This document shows, piece by piece, positions 9,087 to 20,726 of a stretch of DNA of 56,770 nucleotides. The notes under the pieces are model-generated. The model was given only the letters and a program-made list of their open reading frames with translations, had not been told where the DNA came from and made no database searches. Position 1 is the first letter of the stretch; every line of letters begins with the position of its first letter. Origin of the DNA: Planctomycetota bacterium (GTDB taxonomy: Bacteria > Planctomycetota > Planctomycetia > JALXBF01); NCBI GenBank assembly GCA_026981825.1, contig JALSID010000285.1, positions 1 to 56,770 of the forward strand, given 5' to 3'. Position numbers and translations under genes: made by a program.

Positions 9087-9377
9087 TCAATAGCGGATCT
9101 CGAATCCGATCAGATCGCCTCGGGCCGGTTCGCGGTACTCCTCAACGTCGCGTATGTAATGGCTCATCGCATCCTTGACTTCCGCCAGGAATCGTTCGAC
9201 TTCCTCCGGAGCGCCCTCCACGACAAGTTCTACTCGGCCATCAGGCAGGTTACGAACATAGCCGCTCACGTCATAGCGGCTGGCGATGGACCACGCCGTG
9301 GCTCGAAAGCCAACCCCCTGTACACGTCCGGAGAAGTAGACCGTGCGTCGCTCGTTCGTTCCTGCCGGTTCGGCCAT
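9087..9377 (-). CDS. acyP: Acylphosphatase
   Basis: Signature SGRVQGVGFR and GYVRNLPDGRVE; ATG at 9377 preceded by AGGAG. Confidence 0.95.
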   Translation of the reverse strand: MAEPAGTNERRTVYFSGRVQGVGFRATAWSIASRYDVSGYVRNLPDGRVELVVEGAPEEVERFLAEVKDAMSHYIRDVEEYREPARGDLIGFEIRY

Positions 9378-9515
9378 GGCGTTCACTCCTCAGCGAGGCT
9401 AACCTTTTCTCACAGGCAACTGCCTTGGGGGAATCGGTCGTCCCAATCGGGCCAGGGAGACTCGGGAACGGCCTGGCACAGGTCATGTGCCGCTGTTGGG
9501 CTTGGCCTTCGCTAC

Positions 9516-11249
9516 TCAGGCTCGGGAGCTGCGCCGCTGCCGGAGCAGCTTGAGCAGCTCCTTGAGCGGGCGCGTGTTGATGATGTGTTTCGCTTCGAGC
9601 GCCCCCCTTCGAGCCTGGTACACGCCGAACTCCATGAAGCGTAGCTCATCGATCGAATGAGCGTCCGTACCGATCGCGATCAGCACGCCGCGTTCGCGAG
9701 CGGCAAGGAGGGCGACGTCATCCAGGTCCAGCCGACTCGGTTGGGCGTTCACCTCCAGGAAACAGCCGTAATCCGCCGCCGCCTTCAGCACCGCGTCCAG
9801 ATCGACTTCGTAGGGTTTTCGCTTGCCGATCAGCCGACCGGTAGGATGTCCGATGCAGTGGACGTAGGGGTTTTTGATGGCGTTCAAGATGCGCCGGGTG
9901 ATTTGTTCTCGTGGCTGGTTCTGTCCATAGTGCACCGACGCCACGACCCAGTCCGCTTCTGCAACGACGTCGTCGGGGAGATCCATCGAGCCATCTTCGA
10001 GGATATCCATCTCGACCCCCTTGAGCACGGTGATGCCTGGGATCCGCCCGGCGATGCGGTCGATTTCCGCCCAGTGGGCGCGAAGAGCCTTGGCGTCCAG
10101 GCCGCCGGCAACGGTGACCCGTTTCGAGTGGTCGGTGATAGCCATGTATTGGTAGCCCATCTCCTTGCACGCCAGGATCATCTCCTCGATTGAAGCGCGC
10201 CCGTCGGTTGCGGTGGTATGCATGTGGAGATCGCCCCGGATGTCGTGCAGTTCCACAAGCTTTGGCAGTCGGCCCTGGAGTGCCCACTCGATTTCCCCGC
10301 GTGCTTCACGCAGCTCCGGCGGGATCCACGGCAGCCCCACCGCGGCGTAGACCTCCTCTTCGGTCTTGCCCGCGATCCGTTTGTCCCCGCGGAAGACGCC
10401 GTACTCGTTGACCTTCAGCCCCTTTTCCTGAGCCATGCGACGGATCTGGATGTTGTGCGCCTGCGAGCCGGTGAAGTACTGGAGCGCCGCCCCATAGGAC
10501 TCGTCCGGCACCACCCTCAAGTCGAGCTGCATGCCGTTCTTCAGTCGGATGCTCATCTTTGTGTCCCCCCGAGCCAGCACGTCCGCGAGGGCCGGATACT
10601 GAGCGAGCCGATCCATGACGGGGGCAGAGCGGTCGCAGGTTACGAGGACGTCCAGGTCGCCCACGGTTTCCTTGCGGCGACGATAGCTGCCGGCCACCTC
10701 GATCTGATGCAGTTCAGGCACCTCGCGCAGGTGTCGAACCACCGACTCGGCAAAGACCTTCGCCTCCGCCAGGTAGACCCGCCTCTGGACCTGTTCGAGG
10801 TGTTCGAGGGCTTCTAAGATTGCCCGTTCCGTCTTCGCTCCGAACCCGCGGAGCCGCTGGATCCGATGTTCTTGGGCCGCTTTCTTCAGGTCCTCGATCG
10901 ATTTGACGCCGAGCTTCTCATACAGCGCCCACGCCCGCTTTGGCCCGAGCCCGGGCACGTCGAGCAGTTCGCGCAGCCCTGGTGGAACCTTCTCGCGAAG
11001 CTCCTGCCGCATCGGATGATCGCCCGTCTGGACGATGATGCGGATCTTCTCGGCGAGGTCTTTTCCGATCCCGGGTAGGTCTTCCAGCTTGCGATTCGGG
11101 TTCCGCACAATCTCCTCGACCGGCTCTGGCAGTTCCCGAACGGTCCGGGCGGCATTCCGGTAGGCACGCACCCGGAACGGGTTTTCCCCCAGGATTTCGA
11201 GCAGGTCCGCGATCTCCTCGAAGACCATGGCCACTTCTGGGTTTTCCAT
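9516..11249 (-). CDS. polX: DNA polymerase X / PHP 3'-5' exonuclease
   Basis: Starts MENPEVAMVFEEIADLLEILGENPFRVRAY. PolX motifs GSYRRRKETVGDLD and FTGS; PHP motifs DLHMHT, TDHS, HPTGR and TDAH. Confidence 0.95.
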   Translation of the reverse strand: MENPEVAMVFEEIADLLEILGENPFRVRAYRNAARTVRELPEPVEEIVRNPNRKLEDLPGIGKDLAEKIRIIVQTGDHPMRQELREKVPPGLRELLDVPGLGPKRAWALYEKLGVKSIEDLKKAAQEHRIQRLRGFGAKTERAILEALEHLEQVQRRVYLAEAKVFAESVVRHLREVPELHQIEVAGSYRRRKETVGDLDVLVTCDRSAPVMDRLAQYPALADVLARGDTKMSIRLKNGMQLDLRVVPDESYGAALQYFTGSQAHNIQIRRMAQEKGLKVNEYGVFRGDKRIAGKTEEEVYAAVGLPWIPPELREARGEIEWALQGRLPKLVELHDIRGDLHMHTTATDGRASIEEMILACKEMGYQYMAITDHSKRVTVAGGLDAKALRAHWAEIDRIAGRIPGITVLKGVEMDILEDGSMDLPDDVVAEADWVVASVHYGQNQPREQITRRILNAIKNPYVHCIGHPTGRLIGKRKPYEVDLDAVLKAAADYGCFLEVNAQPSRLDLDDVALLAARERGVLIAIGTDAHSIDELRFMEFGVYQARRGALEAKHIINTRPLKELLKLLRQRRSSRA

Positions 11250-11472
11250 GGGGGCCTCCCCCTGGCGAGCAGAGCCAGACGCTACCAACCGCAACCGGCA
11301 GCCAACACTCAAAGAATGGTAACTTCGTCCGATACTCGGCGCCGCAGGCGCCCACCGGCCCTGCGGAGCAGCCATCCTTTGGCCGTCGGCGGACTGGGGC
11401 CATGCCGTTTCGGGACCGCGCGGGCTTGAGGGCGCATCGATGAGGCGAAAACGGACCGTGCGCGAAGCTGGC

Positions 11473-12867
11473 TCACGGTTGCGCGGCTGTCGTGTCTTCC
11501 GTCCAGCCGAACGCCCGCTTTGCCTCACCGACGGCAAACACCGAGCCGGCGATGACGAGCAGGCCACCGGATGCTTCGGCGAACCCCTGGAGCACGGCTT
11601 CGCGAATCGAGCCGGCGATGCGACAGGGGATCCCGGCTGCCAGGCACTCAGCCTGCACGGCTTCGGGTTCGGCCGATCGGTACCACTTGACCGGAGCGGC
11701 AATCACGAGATCGAACTCCGGTGCAAGAATCTGCGCGATTTGGTCCAGAGCTTTGTCCCGTAGGATGCCCAGGATCAGCACGTGTGGTCTTTTCTCCGCA
11801 AAATGCTCGCCCACGTACTCGCAGAGCGCGGAGACGCTTTCGGGCGTGTGAGCGACGTCCAGCAACATGTCCGTTTCCCCCCGGCGACGAAGCTCCAAAC
11901 GTCCCGGCCAGCGCGCCGCTGCCAGCCCCCTTCTTATCGCCGCTTCGTTCAGTTGCGAGGCGAACGCTGGGACTGCGCGCACTGCTGCTATCGCCAGCGC
12001 TGCATTGCGGCACTGGAAGGTGCCGGCCAGGGGGAGCCGGAGGTCACGGTACGACTCGAACGAGCCATCGGCACTGCAGACGAAGTCGAAGCGTTGCTCA
12101 GTCCGGCCCGGAGCACGCACGATCGCATCGAAGTGGCGGCCCAGTTCGTAACATTTGACCCGCTGTTCTCCGGCGCGCTGTAGAACTACCTCGCGGGCCG
12201 GATCGGCGGTCACACCGGTGACGACGGGCGCCGGAGCCTTCACAATGCCGGCCTTCTCGGCAGCGATGTGTTCCAGCGAATCCCCTAGGATCGCGGTGTG
12301 TTCGAGTTCGACCGTGGTGATCACGCTGACGGCCGGCCGCACAACGTTGGTCGCGTCGCGGCGGCCGCCCACGCCGACCTCCACAACGGCCACGTCCACC
12401 TCTTGCCGCGCGAAATGCACGAACGCCACGGCCGTCGCTGCCTCGAAGAACCGCGGACGCGGCAAGCCGTGCCTATCCAGGGTTTGGAGCAGCTCCCGGA
12501 CGTGGCGGTCCAGTTCCTCGTCGGTCACCGGCACGGCGTCGACCTGGATCCGTTCGTTGAACGAGGTCAGTGACGGTGATGTGTACAGGCCGACGCGGTA
12601 TCCGGCTGCTTTCAGGAGCGACGCGGCAATGGCGGCCGTGGAGCCCTTACCTTTACTGCCGGTGATGTGGATCACGGGATATCTCAGGTGCGGGTTGCCG
12701 AGGGCCTCGACGACAGGGCGCATCAGGTCCAGGCCGTGCCGTTTCCTTTGGGTCTCGAGGCCGAACTCCCGTTCCACCACACTGATCGGTTGTTGTTCGC
12801 CGTCGTCGGCGCGGTACCGCCGCGCCCACAGTCCTGGGGACAGGCGAGTGGATCCGCGGAGCGTCAC
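11473..12867 (-). CDS. folC: Bifunctional folylpolyglutamate/dihydrofolate synthase
   Basis: Motifs IHITGSKGKGST, GLYTSP, EVGVGGRRDATNV, EKAGIVK, WPGRLE and LDVAH. Start position uncertain. Confidence 0.92.
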   Translation of the reverse strand: MTLRGSTRLSPGLWARRYRADDGEQQPISVVEREFGLETQRKRHGLDLMRPVVEALGNPHLRYPVIHITGSKGKGSTAAIAASLLKAAGYRVGLYTSPSLTSFNERIQVDAVPVTDEELDRHVRELLQTLDRHGLPRPRFFEAATAVAFVHFARQEVDVAVVEVGVGGRRDATNVVRPAVSVITTVELEHTAILGDSLEHIAAEKAGIVKAPAPVVTGVTADPAREVVLQRAGEQRVKCYELGRHFDAIVRAPGRTEQRFDFVCSADGSFESYRDLRLPLAGTFQCRNAALAIAAVRAVPAFASQLNEAAIRRGLAAARWPGRLELRRRGETDMLLDVAHTPESVSALCEYVGEHFAEKRPHVLILGILRDKALDQIAQILAPEFDLVIAAPVKWYRSAEPEAVQAECLAAGIPCRIAGSIREAVLQGFAEASGGLLVIAGSVFAVGEAKRAFGWTEDTTAAQP

Positions 12868-13154
12868 TCAAACTTCTCCTCTACTTGCTCGGTAACGGAG
12901 CGCGGCTGGGACGCCACGCGCCCGCAGCACTCCAACCAGCCGACCGGCCGGTTCGGCCGGCCGGCGTGCGGCCCTGAATCGGCAGGCGGGAACAGGGGCA
13001 AACGACGCGCATCGCTGCAACCACGCCCTCCCGCAGCCGTGCGCGATTATAGTGCCCGTGGGTTGCCACCGGCCTGGGCCCCCCGTAGAGACTATTCTCG
13101 TGTGGGGTCAGGAGGGCGGCGGGTGGGCTAAGCTCGGCGGGATTCCGCCGTATC

Positions 13155-13655
13155 ATGAGCACACGGGGCGCAAGCGATCGGAGTTGCGGTCTGGACCTGG
13201 GGAGGTTCGAGGTGAGCGCCATCGTTTCGTGGTTGATCGTGTGGGCCATCGTTGCCGTTGGACTCTATCTGGCGGTGACCGTGTCGGCCGGCGCGCTGTT
13301 CGATATCCCGGTGGAGTTGGTTCCCTGGCGCGTCGTGGCGGTCTCGCCGTTTCTCGCTCTGGCCATGGTACGCTGGCCCCTTGTGTTTCCGGACATGTTC
13401 TACAACCTGGGACCACTCGTCGGCCACGCGCTGCTTTGGGTGCTGACCTTCATCCTGGCGTTCCGTTTCCCCCTTGGCTATGGGGTCGGCGTCGCGCTGA
13501 TCTCGTTGCTCCTGATCGGCCCCGTGGCCTCCTACACCGTCGTATCTTTGAGCCAGGCTCCGGGGGCGGGCCTGGCCGGAGCGGCAAGCGCCGCGCTGGA
13601 TGGCGCGGCGCCGGGAACCGCTATAATCGAACTCTGCATGGTGATCGTTAGCTGA
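13155..13655 (+). CDS. Hypothetical multi-pass membrane protein
   Basis: About four hydrophobic segments, directly upstream of dapA. Start uncertain. Confidence 0.55.
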   Translation: MSTRGASDRSCGLDLGRFEVSAIVSWLIVWAIVAVGLYLAVTVSAGALFDIPVELVPWRVVAVSPFLALAMVRWPLVFPDMFYNLGPLVGHALLWVLTFILAFRFPLGYGVGVALISLLLIGPVASYTVVSLSQAPGAGLAGAASAALDGAAPGTAIIELCMVIVS

Positions 13656-13687
13656 CCGGAGGTGCGTGCGAAACTTCGGGTAGCTCC

Positions 13688-14611
13688 ATGTTTGAACGGC
13701 CGTCTCCCAGGAAAGGGGAAAAATTCGCCGGCGTTACGGTGGCCCTGATCACGCCGTTTCGAAACGGTGAGGTGGACTACGACGCTTTGCGCCGCCTTGT
13801 CGACTGGCACGTGGAACAGGGCACCGACTGCATCGCCCCTGTGGGAACCACGGGCGAATCACCGACGCTGAGCCACGAGGAGCACGAGCGTGTGATTGCC
13901 GCCGTGGTGGAGCATGCCGCGGGGCGGATCACGGTAATGGCGGGCACCGGATCGAACAGCACCAGTGAAGCGCTCCGCTTGACCACGTTCGCCGCTCGTG
14001 CGGGGGCCGACGGTGCGCTGATGGTCAGCCCATACTACAACAAGCCGAACCAGGAGGGGATCTACCGGCACTTTGCGGCAATAGCCGAGGCGGTGGATCT
14101 TCCCATCGTGGTCTACAACATCCCGGGACGAACCGGCCGAAACATCGAGCCGGAAACCCTGCGGAGGCTGGCGGAGATCCCCAATATCGTGGCGGTCAAA
14201 GAGGCGAGCGGTTCGCTTGATCAGGTGTCGCGGCTTGCGATCGAGACCAACCTCACCATCCTCTCGGGTGACGACACGCTGACACTACCGATGCTTGCAG
14301 TGGGTGGTTCGGGTGTTATCTCGGTACTGGCGAACATTGCCCCTCAGCAGTTGCAGCGGATGATCGAGGCGTACCAGGATGGTCGGGTCGACGAAGCGAA
14401 AGCAATCCACCAGCGGCTCTTTCCGCTCGCGTATGATCTGCTTAACCTCTCGGTGAACCCGGTACCCATCAAGGCGGCCATGCAGCTTCTGGGCCGGGAT
14501 ACGGGTGAGCTGCGCTTGCCTCTTGTCCCCCTGGAGGGGCCGGCGCTGGAGCGGTTGCGGCGCCGCCTGGAAGAGGTTGGTCTCCTGGAGGCCCAGGCGG
14601 CCGGGCGCTAG
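13688..14611 (+). CDS. dapA: 4-hydroxy-tetrahydrodipicolinate synthase
   Basis: Motifs [36 protein letters not shown] and LSGDD. Confidence 0.96.
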   Translation: MFERPSPRKGEKFAGVTVALITPFRNGEVDYDALRRLVDWHVEQGTDCIAPVGTTGESPTLSHEEHERVIAAVVEHAAGRITVMAGTGSNSTSEALRLTTFAARAGADGALMVSPYYNKPNQEGIYRHFAAIAEAVDLPIVVYNIPGRTGRNIEPETLRRLAEIPNIVAVKEASGSLDQVSRLAIETNLTILSGDDTLTLPMLAVGGSGVISVLANIAPQQLQRMIEAYQDGRVDEAKAIHQRLFPLAYDLLNLSVNPVPIKAAMQLLGRDTGELRLPLVPLEGPALERLRRRLEEVGLLEAQAAGR

Positions 14612-14810
14612 CAACAGCCGCGGGCACCGACCATCAAACGGGCCACACGGAGGTGTCTGTACTCTCCAGCGCCCCCGTGAGCAGGTGAGATCGCGACCGC
14701 TTCCCACCCGTCCCGGCGGGCCAAAAGTAACCTTGTCGCCTTCTACCGCATAGGTCACACTCTGCCCGAGGTCACCTGGAGTATGTTTTGGAACTGCCGC
14801 AGACCGCGGA

Positions 14811-16004
14811 GTGCGCGTGTTGTCGCACGTTACCACCGAGCGCGATACCAAAGCCACCGGGGATTCGGCCAGACGCTCGCGCCTGGCGACCGCGCTGATC
14901 CTGGGCATCGTGCTCACTGTGGTCGGCTGCACCGGGCCCCGACCTATCCGGCTGAAGTGGCCGTGGGCGCGGAGCAGGGACGCTGAGCAGTCCGTTGCCG
15001 AGCAGACCAGGCCGCGGGCGAAATCTCCTCCGGTGGTGCTGCAGCCGATCGTGCCTGCCGAAGCAAGATCCGAGGACACGGAAGTCATCTCCACCGTGGT
15101 CGCTCGGGTGAACGGGGAGCCCATTCTGGCCGAGGATCTGCTTGCGCCACTCCGCGACCGCCTGGCCAAGGCGAGGGAGTCGCTCACGGAGCCGGAATTC
15201 ATCGCTTTACGCAACCAGTTGCTCAAGAAGCAGCTCGACGCTCTGATCGAACGCCAGCTCATCGTGCAGGAAGCACGCAGGCGGTTCCCCGAGCCGGTTC
15301 AGCGGCGGATCGAGGCTGTGGCGGACAAGGAGTTCGAGAAGCAGTTGGAGGCGGAGGCGAAGCGGTTGAACCTGCGGAGCGTCAGTGCGCTCCGCCAGCA
15401 GCTTGAGCAGTCCGGCCAGTCTGTCGAGCGGATGCGGCAGGTCTTTCGGGACACATTCCTGGCACAGCAGTTCATCCGCTCCCAGATTGCCGACAAGGTC
15501 AAGGTGACGCGACGCGAAATGCTGGAGTGGTACCGCCAGCACCGCCACGAGTTCGAGTCCTCGCCGATGGTTCGGTGGCGCGAGATCCTGGTCAGCGAGA
15601 AGCGACACGGTTCCCGCGCGGCGGCTCGTGCTCATGCCGAGCGGCTCGTGCAGGCGCTCCGCAACGGAGCGGAGTTTGCTGAGCTGGCTCGAAAGGAGAG
15701 CGATGGGGCCACCGCGCCGAAGGGGGGCCAGTGGCCGTGGACTCCCCCGGGCAGCTATGCCGTCGATGCTGTGGACCACGCTCTGTTCTCGCTCCCCGTC
15801 GGCGCAATCAGCGATCCGATCGAAGGGCCGGAGGGGTACCATATCGTCCAGGTCCAGGAACGGCGGGAAGGGGGAGTGCCGCCGTTCGAGGAGGTGCAGG
15901 ACGAAATCGAGCGACGGCTGCGCCAGGAGAAGACTGAGCAGGAGCTGTCGCGGCTCATCCAGAAGCTCAAAGAGCGGGCGTATATCGTTTCGGTGCTTGA
16001 CTGA
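14811..16004 (+). CDS. SurA/PrsA-like parvulin peptidyl-prolyl isomerase (probable lipoprotein)
   Basis: Lipobox-like LTVVGC; SurA N-domain VVARVNGEPI; parvulin motifs FAELARKESDG, GG.W and ISDPIEGPEGYHIV. Confidence 0.85.
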   Translation: MRVLSHVTTERDTKATGDSARRSRLATALILGIVLTVVGCTGPRPIRLKWPWARSRDAEQSVAEQTRPRAKSPPVVLQPIVPAEARSEDTEVISTVVARVNGEPILAEDLLAPLRDRLAKARESLTEPEFIALRNQLLKKQLDALIERQLIVQEARRRFPEPVQRRIEAVADKEFEKQLEAEAKRLNLRSVSALRQQLEQSGQSVERMRQVFRDTFLAQQFIRSQIADKVKVTRREMLEWYRQHRHEFESSPMVRWREILVSEKRHGSRAAARAHAERLVQALRNGAEFAELARKESDGATAPKGGQWPWTPPGSYAVDAVDHALFSLPVGAISDPIEGPEGYHIVQVQERREGGVPPFEEVQDEIERRLRQEKTEQELSRLIQKLKERAYIVSVLD

Positions 16005-16378
16005 GCGAAGGGGAAAGTCGCTCGAGGCTATCCCTTGGGCACGGGCGGGGTGGGGCATGCTCTTTGTCACGTCCATCTGTTAGCGGTCCGCATGTCACGT
16101 TGGGGCCAGGTGGTCCTGTTGTGCGCATCGTTGCCCTGCGCAGGTGGTTCCGCAGGTCGCGGCAGCTTGCCCGAGCTGGGGCCGGCGGCGCGCCGCGTCA
16201 GCTCGTTCAGTTCGCCAGGGGGGCACGTCTGTTGCGGGCGGTGCCGGTGAAGGGGGGATTTTGATACCCGCCCTGTTGTTGTGCGCAGATCTGTGGGGTG
16301 CGCGCGAACGGGGGGCCGTTGGCTCATGCGTGGGTGCCGGGGGAGGGGATGGCGGAAAGGCTCGCGGCGACCGGGTGC

Positions 16379-16408
16379 TTGACGGGTGTGAGCGCACCGG
16401 GTTATACT
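16379..16408 (+). promoter_or_regulatory. Sigma70-like promoter for the kinase gene
   Basis: TTGACG-N18-TATACT in the gap upstream of 16562. Confidence 0.5.
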
Positions 16409-16561
16409 CTGGTTGACTGGGGGCGCGTGTTCGCTGTGTCTGGTCGTCCGGTGCAGCAAGCATCAAGTCACGTGGTCCGGTAGGTCGGGGACTCGATTAA
16501 CGGACGATGGCACGGCGCCGGACAGGAAGGATCCGTAGTGCCGGAGATCGGGATACTCTAG

Positions 16562-19500
16562 ATGTCACAGTCTCGCGATCATGTCTCAGAGCCTGAGAGC
16601 CCGTCGTCTGCGGCGACCGCCCGGCCGGACGGGGAGCAGTTCGACGTCGAGTCTGCGCCGACGGTGGTGCGGGGGGTTCAGCGGCCACCCTCGGGCGGCT
16701 CCGCCGATCGCGTCCGCTTGCAGACCATCGACGCGCTCGTAGGCGCCCAGCTTGGGCCGTACCGGATCGAGGCGCACATCGGCAGCGGCGGTATGGGGAC
16801 GGTGTTCCGCGCTCTGGATGTGCGCCTGAACCGGCTGGTGGCGCTGAAGGTGTTGCCACCCGAGTTCGCCGACGATTCGAACTCCGTGCGGCGGTTCCTG
16901 TACGAGGCTCAGTGGGCGGCCCGTCTGGACCATGAGAACATCGCGCGCGTCTACGACATCGGCTCCGACAAGGGCTATCACTACATCGCGTTCGAGTACG
17001 TGGATGGCCGGTCCGTACGGGACCTCCTCGCCGAGAAAGGAGCTCTGGACCAGGTCGAGGTGGTGCGCATCGCTCTGCAGGTGGTCGGTGCTCTGTGCCA
17101 CGCAGCGGCGCGGGGAGTGGTTCACCGGGACATCAAGCCGTCGAATCTGATCATTACCCGGTCGGGACGGGTCAAACTCGTGGACATGGGGCTGGCACGC
17201 ACGTTCGAACGCCGCGGGCTGGCCAGTCTTACAGAGACCGGCATGACGCTGGGCACGTTCGACTACATCGCCCCCGAGCAGGCTCGCGATCCGCGCTCGG
17301 CAGATATCCGCAGCGATATCTACTCTCTGGGCTGCACCATGTTCCACATGCTCAGCGGGCGGCCGCCCTATCTCGATCCAAACCCGGTCCAGAAGCTGCT
17401 CCGGCACCAAAACGATCCCCCTCCGGATATCCGCCAGTTCGTCCCGAACGTGAACCGCTCCCTCGCTCGGGTGCTGGACCGGATGCTCCAGAAAGACCCG
17501 GCTCAGCGGTACCAGACGCCCGAGGAGCTGATGAGCGACCTGATTGACGTCGCTACCGAGCTGAACCTGAAGCCGGTGACAAGCGAGACGGTGTTGTGGA
17601 TTCGCCGTCGCTGGTCAGACCGCACCACCGCGCTTCTCGTCGGCCTCTGGGCCACCGTCATCGTCGGGGTGCTCGTGTTGCTTTTCCTGATCCGATATCC
17701 GTTCGGCTGGGGCGAGTCGGCAGCGGCCCCCGCCGGCCTACCGGAATCTGCAACGCAGGTCCGCTCCGGCCAGCCGGCCCCATCGACGGCGGAGTTGGCC
17801 GGTGAAGCAGGCACGGAGCCGAGTCCTGCCGCCAGTGAAACGGAAGGGGGGAAGCAAGAGTCGCAGGCAGAGCCCGCCGTTGCTCGGGAAGAGAAGCTGG
17901 TCCAGGTCCAGGATGGGGCAGAACTGCGGGAGGCGTTGGCTCGCTGTCCTGACGGAGCTGTTATCGAACTGGCAGTGCCTCCGGGTACCGTCATCGATAT
18001 TGACCCAGATGGGCGAGCAGCGCAGGAGGGGGTCGCTGGCCTACGGGTTCAGAACAAGACGGTGACGATCCGGCCGGGGAACGGTTGGTACGGCATCCTA
18101 CGGCTCACGGTCGATTCTGCAGCACCGGATGTGGCAGAATGGGCGTTCTTTGAGCTCGAAAACGCACGGCTTAACCTCCGGCACATCACGCTCGTGCTTC
18201 GCGGTACTGCTCCGAACAGCGGGCCGTTCTTCTTTGTGGCTTCCGCCAGCGACGTTAATCTCAGTGACGTTGTGCTCGTGGACGCCATACAGTGGGAGGA
18301 GGCCTCTTCGACGCCCTCCGGTCGCACATGGGTTTTCCTGGGCGAATCGCGCGTCATCGTCCCGGTCGACCAGCCTGCGGAAGTGGCTGGTACGGACGGA
18401 GAGCCGGAGTCCAACGGGGAAGCGGGCGCCGTTGTGGTCCGTCCCTCTCGGCTTCGGATGGAAAGATGCTTCGTCGGACCTGTCCATGGGTTGGCCCTGG
18501 CCAGCGGCCAATTCGAGCTCCGGCTGGAGGACACAACCGTGGCCTGGGCGGACCGGGTGCTGGTCGCCGGTGCTAGCGGGTACCTCGACCAGGATCTTCC
18601 CGTCCTGAGTGCCACGATTCGGCACAGTGCGTTGCACTTCGGGCGGGGGCCGTGTTTCGAGCTTCTGCAATTTTTCGAAGAGCAGGGGGGGCGTTCGTCC
18701 GCGGTCCTGCATGTCGAGTCGTCGGTTGTGGCGACGCTCTCCGACGAGCCCGGCGCCCTGGTAGCTTTAGACGGGGGCGACAATTGGTTCTGGCAGGGGC
18801 AGAACAACCATTACTATCGCCTCGCCCGTTTTCTGGTGCGGCACGGTGATGCCGAAGGCGACGACGGCTACGCGACTGTCGCCGACACCCTTTGGGCATG
18901 GCGTGAGCAGGATGCCGTGGAGGATGTGGATTCCGCCGCTGTTACCGAGGCACCGTGGACGGTCCGCAGATTCCGCTCCGACCAGGGGGCTCCGCACGCC
19001 GCCGAGCTACTTAGCAGCAAATCGCCGTCCGAAACGCAGGGGGCCGTTCACGTTGGGCCGCGATTCATGCCTCCGTGGCAGAATGAGTTCAACCAGCCCA
19101 TCGTGGAGCTCCTCGCGGCGGCCGTGGCAGGAAAGGTGCGGCTGAACCTGAGCCCTACCGCTCGCAGCGAGGTCGCAGGCGAACAGCCCGAAGAGCGGAA
19201 TACTCCCCCCGAGGCGGAACGCAGCTCCCCGATGCCAGAGTCCGCGGGGACTGCGAGCACGGCCAGTCAGCTTATCGTCGATCCGACCGACGACACGGCC
19301 TACCACTCACTGGCCGACGCTCTGGCTGTCGCACCCGATGACGCGGTGATCGTGCTTAATGCAGAGGGGGAATTCAAGGTGCCCCCTCTGACCATAAAGG
19401 GGAAAACGGTCAGGGTTCAAGCGGCTGCCAATCGTAGGCCCGTCTTGCGCCTCGATCCCCTGGCCGTCACGGACATCTCACCGCGCGCGGCGCTCTTTTC

Positions 19501-20380
19501 CCTCCGCGACGCCCGGCTCGTCCTCTCCGGAGTCGATATCGTGCTCGACAGCGCCCCGGCCGGTACGCCCTCCGGTCCCGTGGCGTTCTCCCTGCTGGAC
19601 TCCGAAGCGCAGCTAACGGACTGTCGTGTGGTGGTTTCCGCACCGCAAGGTGCGATCGCGGAGGTGACGGCGACGGCAAGCTCGTCCATGGCGGCTATGC
19701 AGGAGTCGAATTCGGGGACAACGACGAGCTCCACGGACAGCGCTAGCGTTCTCCGCGTGCAAAACAGCATTCTGTTGGCCAGAAACACCGTGGTCCGCGC
19801 CCCGCGAACGGCTCGGGTCACGATCGAGATGGACAACGTGGGGGTGCTCAGCCTGGGCTCGGTCCTGACCGTGGCGCCTGCCGACGGTTCTGCCGGCCAG
19901 TTGGACCTCGTCCTGCGCAACAGTACATGGCGGGCTCGCACGGGACTTATCCGTCCCAGCACGAACGACGGGGCAACGCCGACGCCCCCTGTGCGGGTCA
20001 GAGCGGAAGAGTGCCTGATCCAGCTTACAGCGGAGGAACCGGCAATCGTACTGACAATGAATGCGAACACCAGCGGGCAACTCTCCACATCGGTCATCGA
20101 ATGGACGGGCAGGGGCAACGTTTATGACTTAAGGGGGCCGTGGCTTGAGGTCCGTAACGCCGAGGATGCGCGAATGGTGGACACCATCGGCGCAGGCGAT
20201 TTCATGAGGCCCCCCTATCGCCGCGAGTCGGACTCGCGGATCAACTCGATCGCATTTCGGGCGCCGCTGCCGGCTGCGGAGGAGAGCGTCGACGCCGTGC
20301 CGTCGCTGTTCGTTGTAGAGCAAACCGACACGGCCAAAGTGCCCGGGGTACGCCCAGAGGAGTTGCCCTCCGGCGAATGA
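16562..20380 (+). CDS. Membrane Hanks-type Ser/Thr protein kinase with a large extracytoplasmic region
   Basis: Kinase motifs GSGGMGTV, VALKVL, HRDIKPSN, DMGLA, GTFDYIAPEQ and DIYSLG. One TM helix, then two similar beta-rich modules. Confidence 0.93.
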   Translation: MSQSRDHVSEPESPSSAATARPDGEQFDVESAPTVVRGVQRPPSGGSADRVRLQTIDALVGAQLGPYRIEAHIGSGGMGTVFRALDVRLNRLVALKVLPPEFADDSNSVRRFLYEAQWAARLDHENIARVYDIGSDKGYHYIAFEYVDGRSVRDLLAEKGALDQVEVVRIALQVVGALCHAAARGVVHRDIKPSNLIITRSGRVKLVDMGLARTFERRGLASLTETGMTLGTFDYIAPEQARDPRSADIRSDIYSLGCTMFHMLSGRPPYLDPNPVQKLLRHQNDPPPDIRQFVPNVNRSLARVLDRMLQKDPAQRYQTPEELMSDLIDVATELNLKPVTSETVLWIRRRWSDRTTALLVGLWATVIVGVLVLLFLIRYPFGWGESAAAPAGLPESATQVRSGQPAPSTAELAGEAGTEPSPAASETEGGKQESQAEPAVAREEKLVQVQDGAELREALARCPDGAVIELAVPPGTVIDIDPDGRAAQEGVAGLRVQNKTVTIRPGNGWYGILRLTVDSAAPDVAEWAFFELENARLNLRHITLVLRGTAPNSGPFFFVASASDVNLSDVVLVDAIQWEEASSTPSGRTWVFLGESRVIVPVDQPAEVAGTDGEPESNGEAGAVVVRPSRLRMERCFVGPVHGLALASGQFELRLEDTTVAWADRVLVAGASGYLDQDLPVLSATIRHSALHFGRGPCFELLQFFEEQGGRSSAVLHVESSVVATLSDEPGALVALDGGDNWFWQGQNNHYYRLARFLVRHGDAEGDDGYATVADTLWAWREQDAVEDVDSAAVTEAPWTVRRFRSDQGAPHAAELLSSKSPSETQGAVHVGPRFMPPWQNEFNQPIVELLAAAVAGKVRLNLSPTARSEVAGEQPEERNTPPEAERSSPMPESAGTASTASQLIVDPTDDTAYHSLADALAVAPDDAVIVLNAEGEFKVPPLTIKGKTVRVQAAANRRPVLRLDPLAVTDISPRAALFSLRDARLVLSGVDIVLDSAPAGTPSGPVAFSLLDSEAQLTDCRVVVSAPQGAIAEVTATASSSMAAMQESNSGTTTSSTDSASVLRVQNSILLARNTVVRAPRTARVTIEMDNVGVLSLGSVLTVAPADGSAGQLDLVLRNSTWRARTGLIRPSTNDGATPTPPVRVRAEECLIQLTAEEPAIVLTMNANTSGQLSTSVIEWTGRGNVYDLRGPWLEVRNAEDARMVDTIGAGDFMRPPYRRESDSRINSIAFRAPLPAAEESVDAVPSLFVVEQTDTAKVPGVRPEELPSGE

Positions 20381-20726
20381 TCGCCGCCGGATGCGAGACA
20401 ACCGAACCTGGCCGCAGGGCAAGTGGCGAGGGGCAGGGAGCGGTCGAGCACTCCTTTGCTGGGCCTGGCTGCCGCTCAGACGTACGCGGGAATTGGAAGC
20501 AGAGCCGATCGGGGGGAACAAAGCCGAACTGCTCGTCCCATGTCGGCCGCGGAGCTGGTGGTGGGCTTGATCGTGGTCATTCCTCTTCACCGCTACACTT
20601 CGTCGGATGTTAGGTACCTACAGGTGGTTGGGCAGCGGGCGTGTCGACGCGGGGCGTCGCTTTAGAATCAGAGTGATAGCCCAGGGGTGGGCGACTTCTG
20701 AAGTGCAGCTTGTGCGGAGCACGGCG

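Noticed and set aside
9516-11249. Catalytically altered (non-canonical) PolX
   Set aside because: The DxD (GDLD) and third Asp (QLDLR) are intact, so this is an ordinary canonical PolX.
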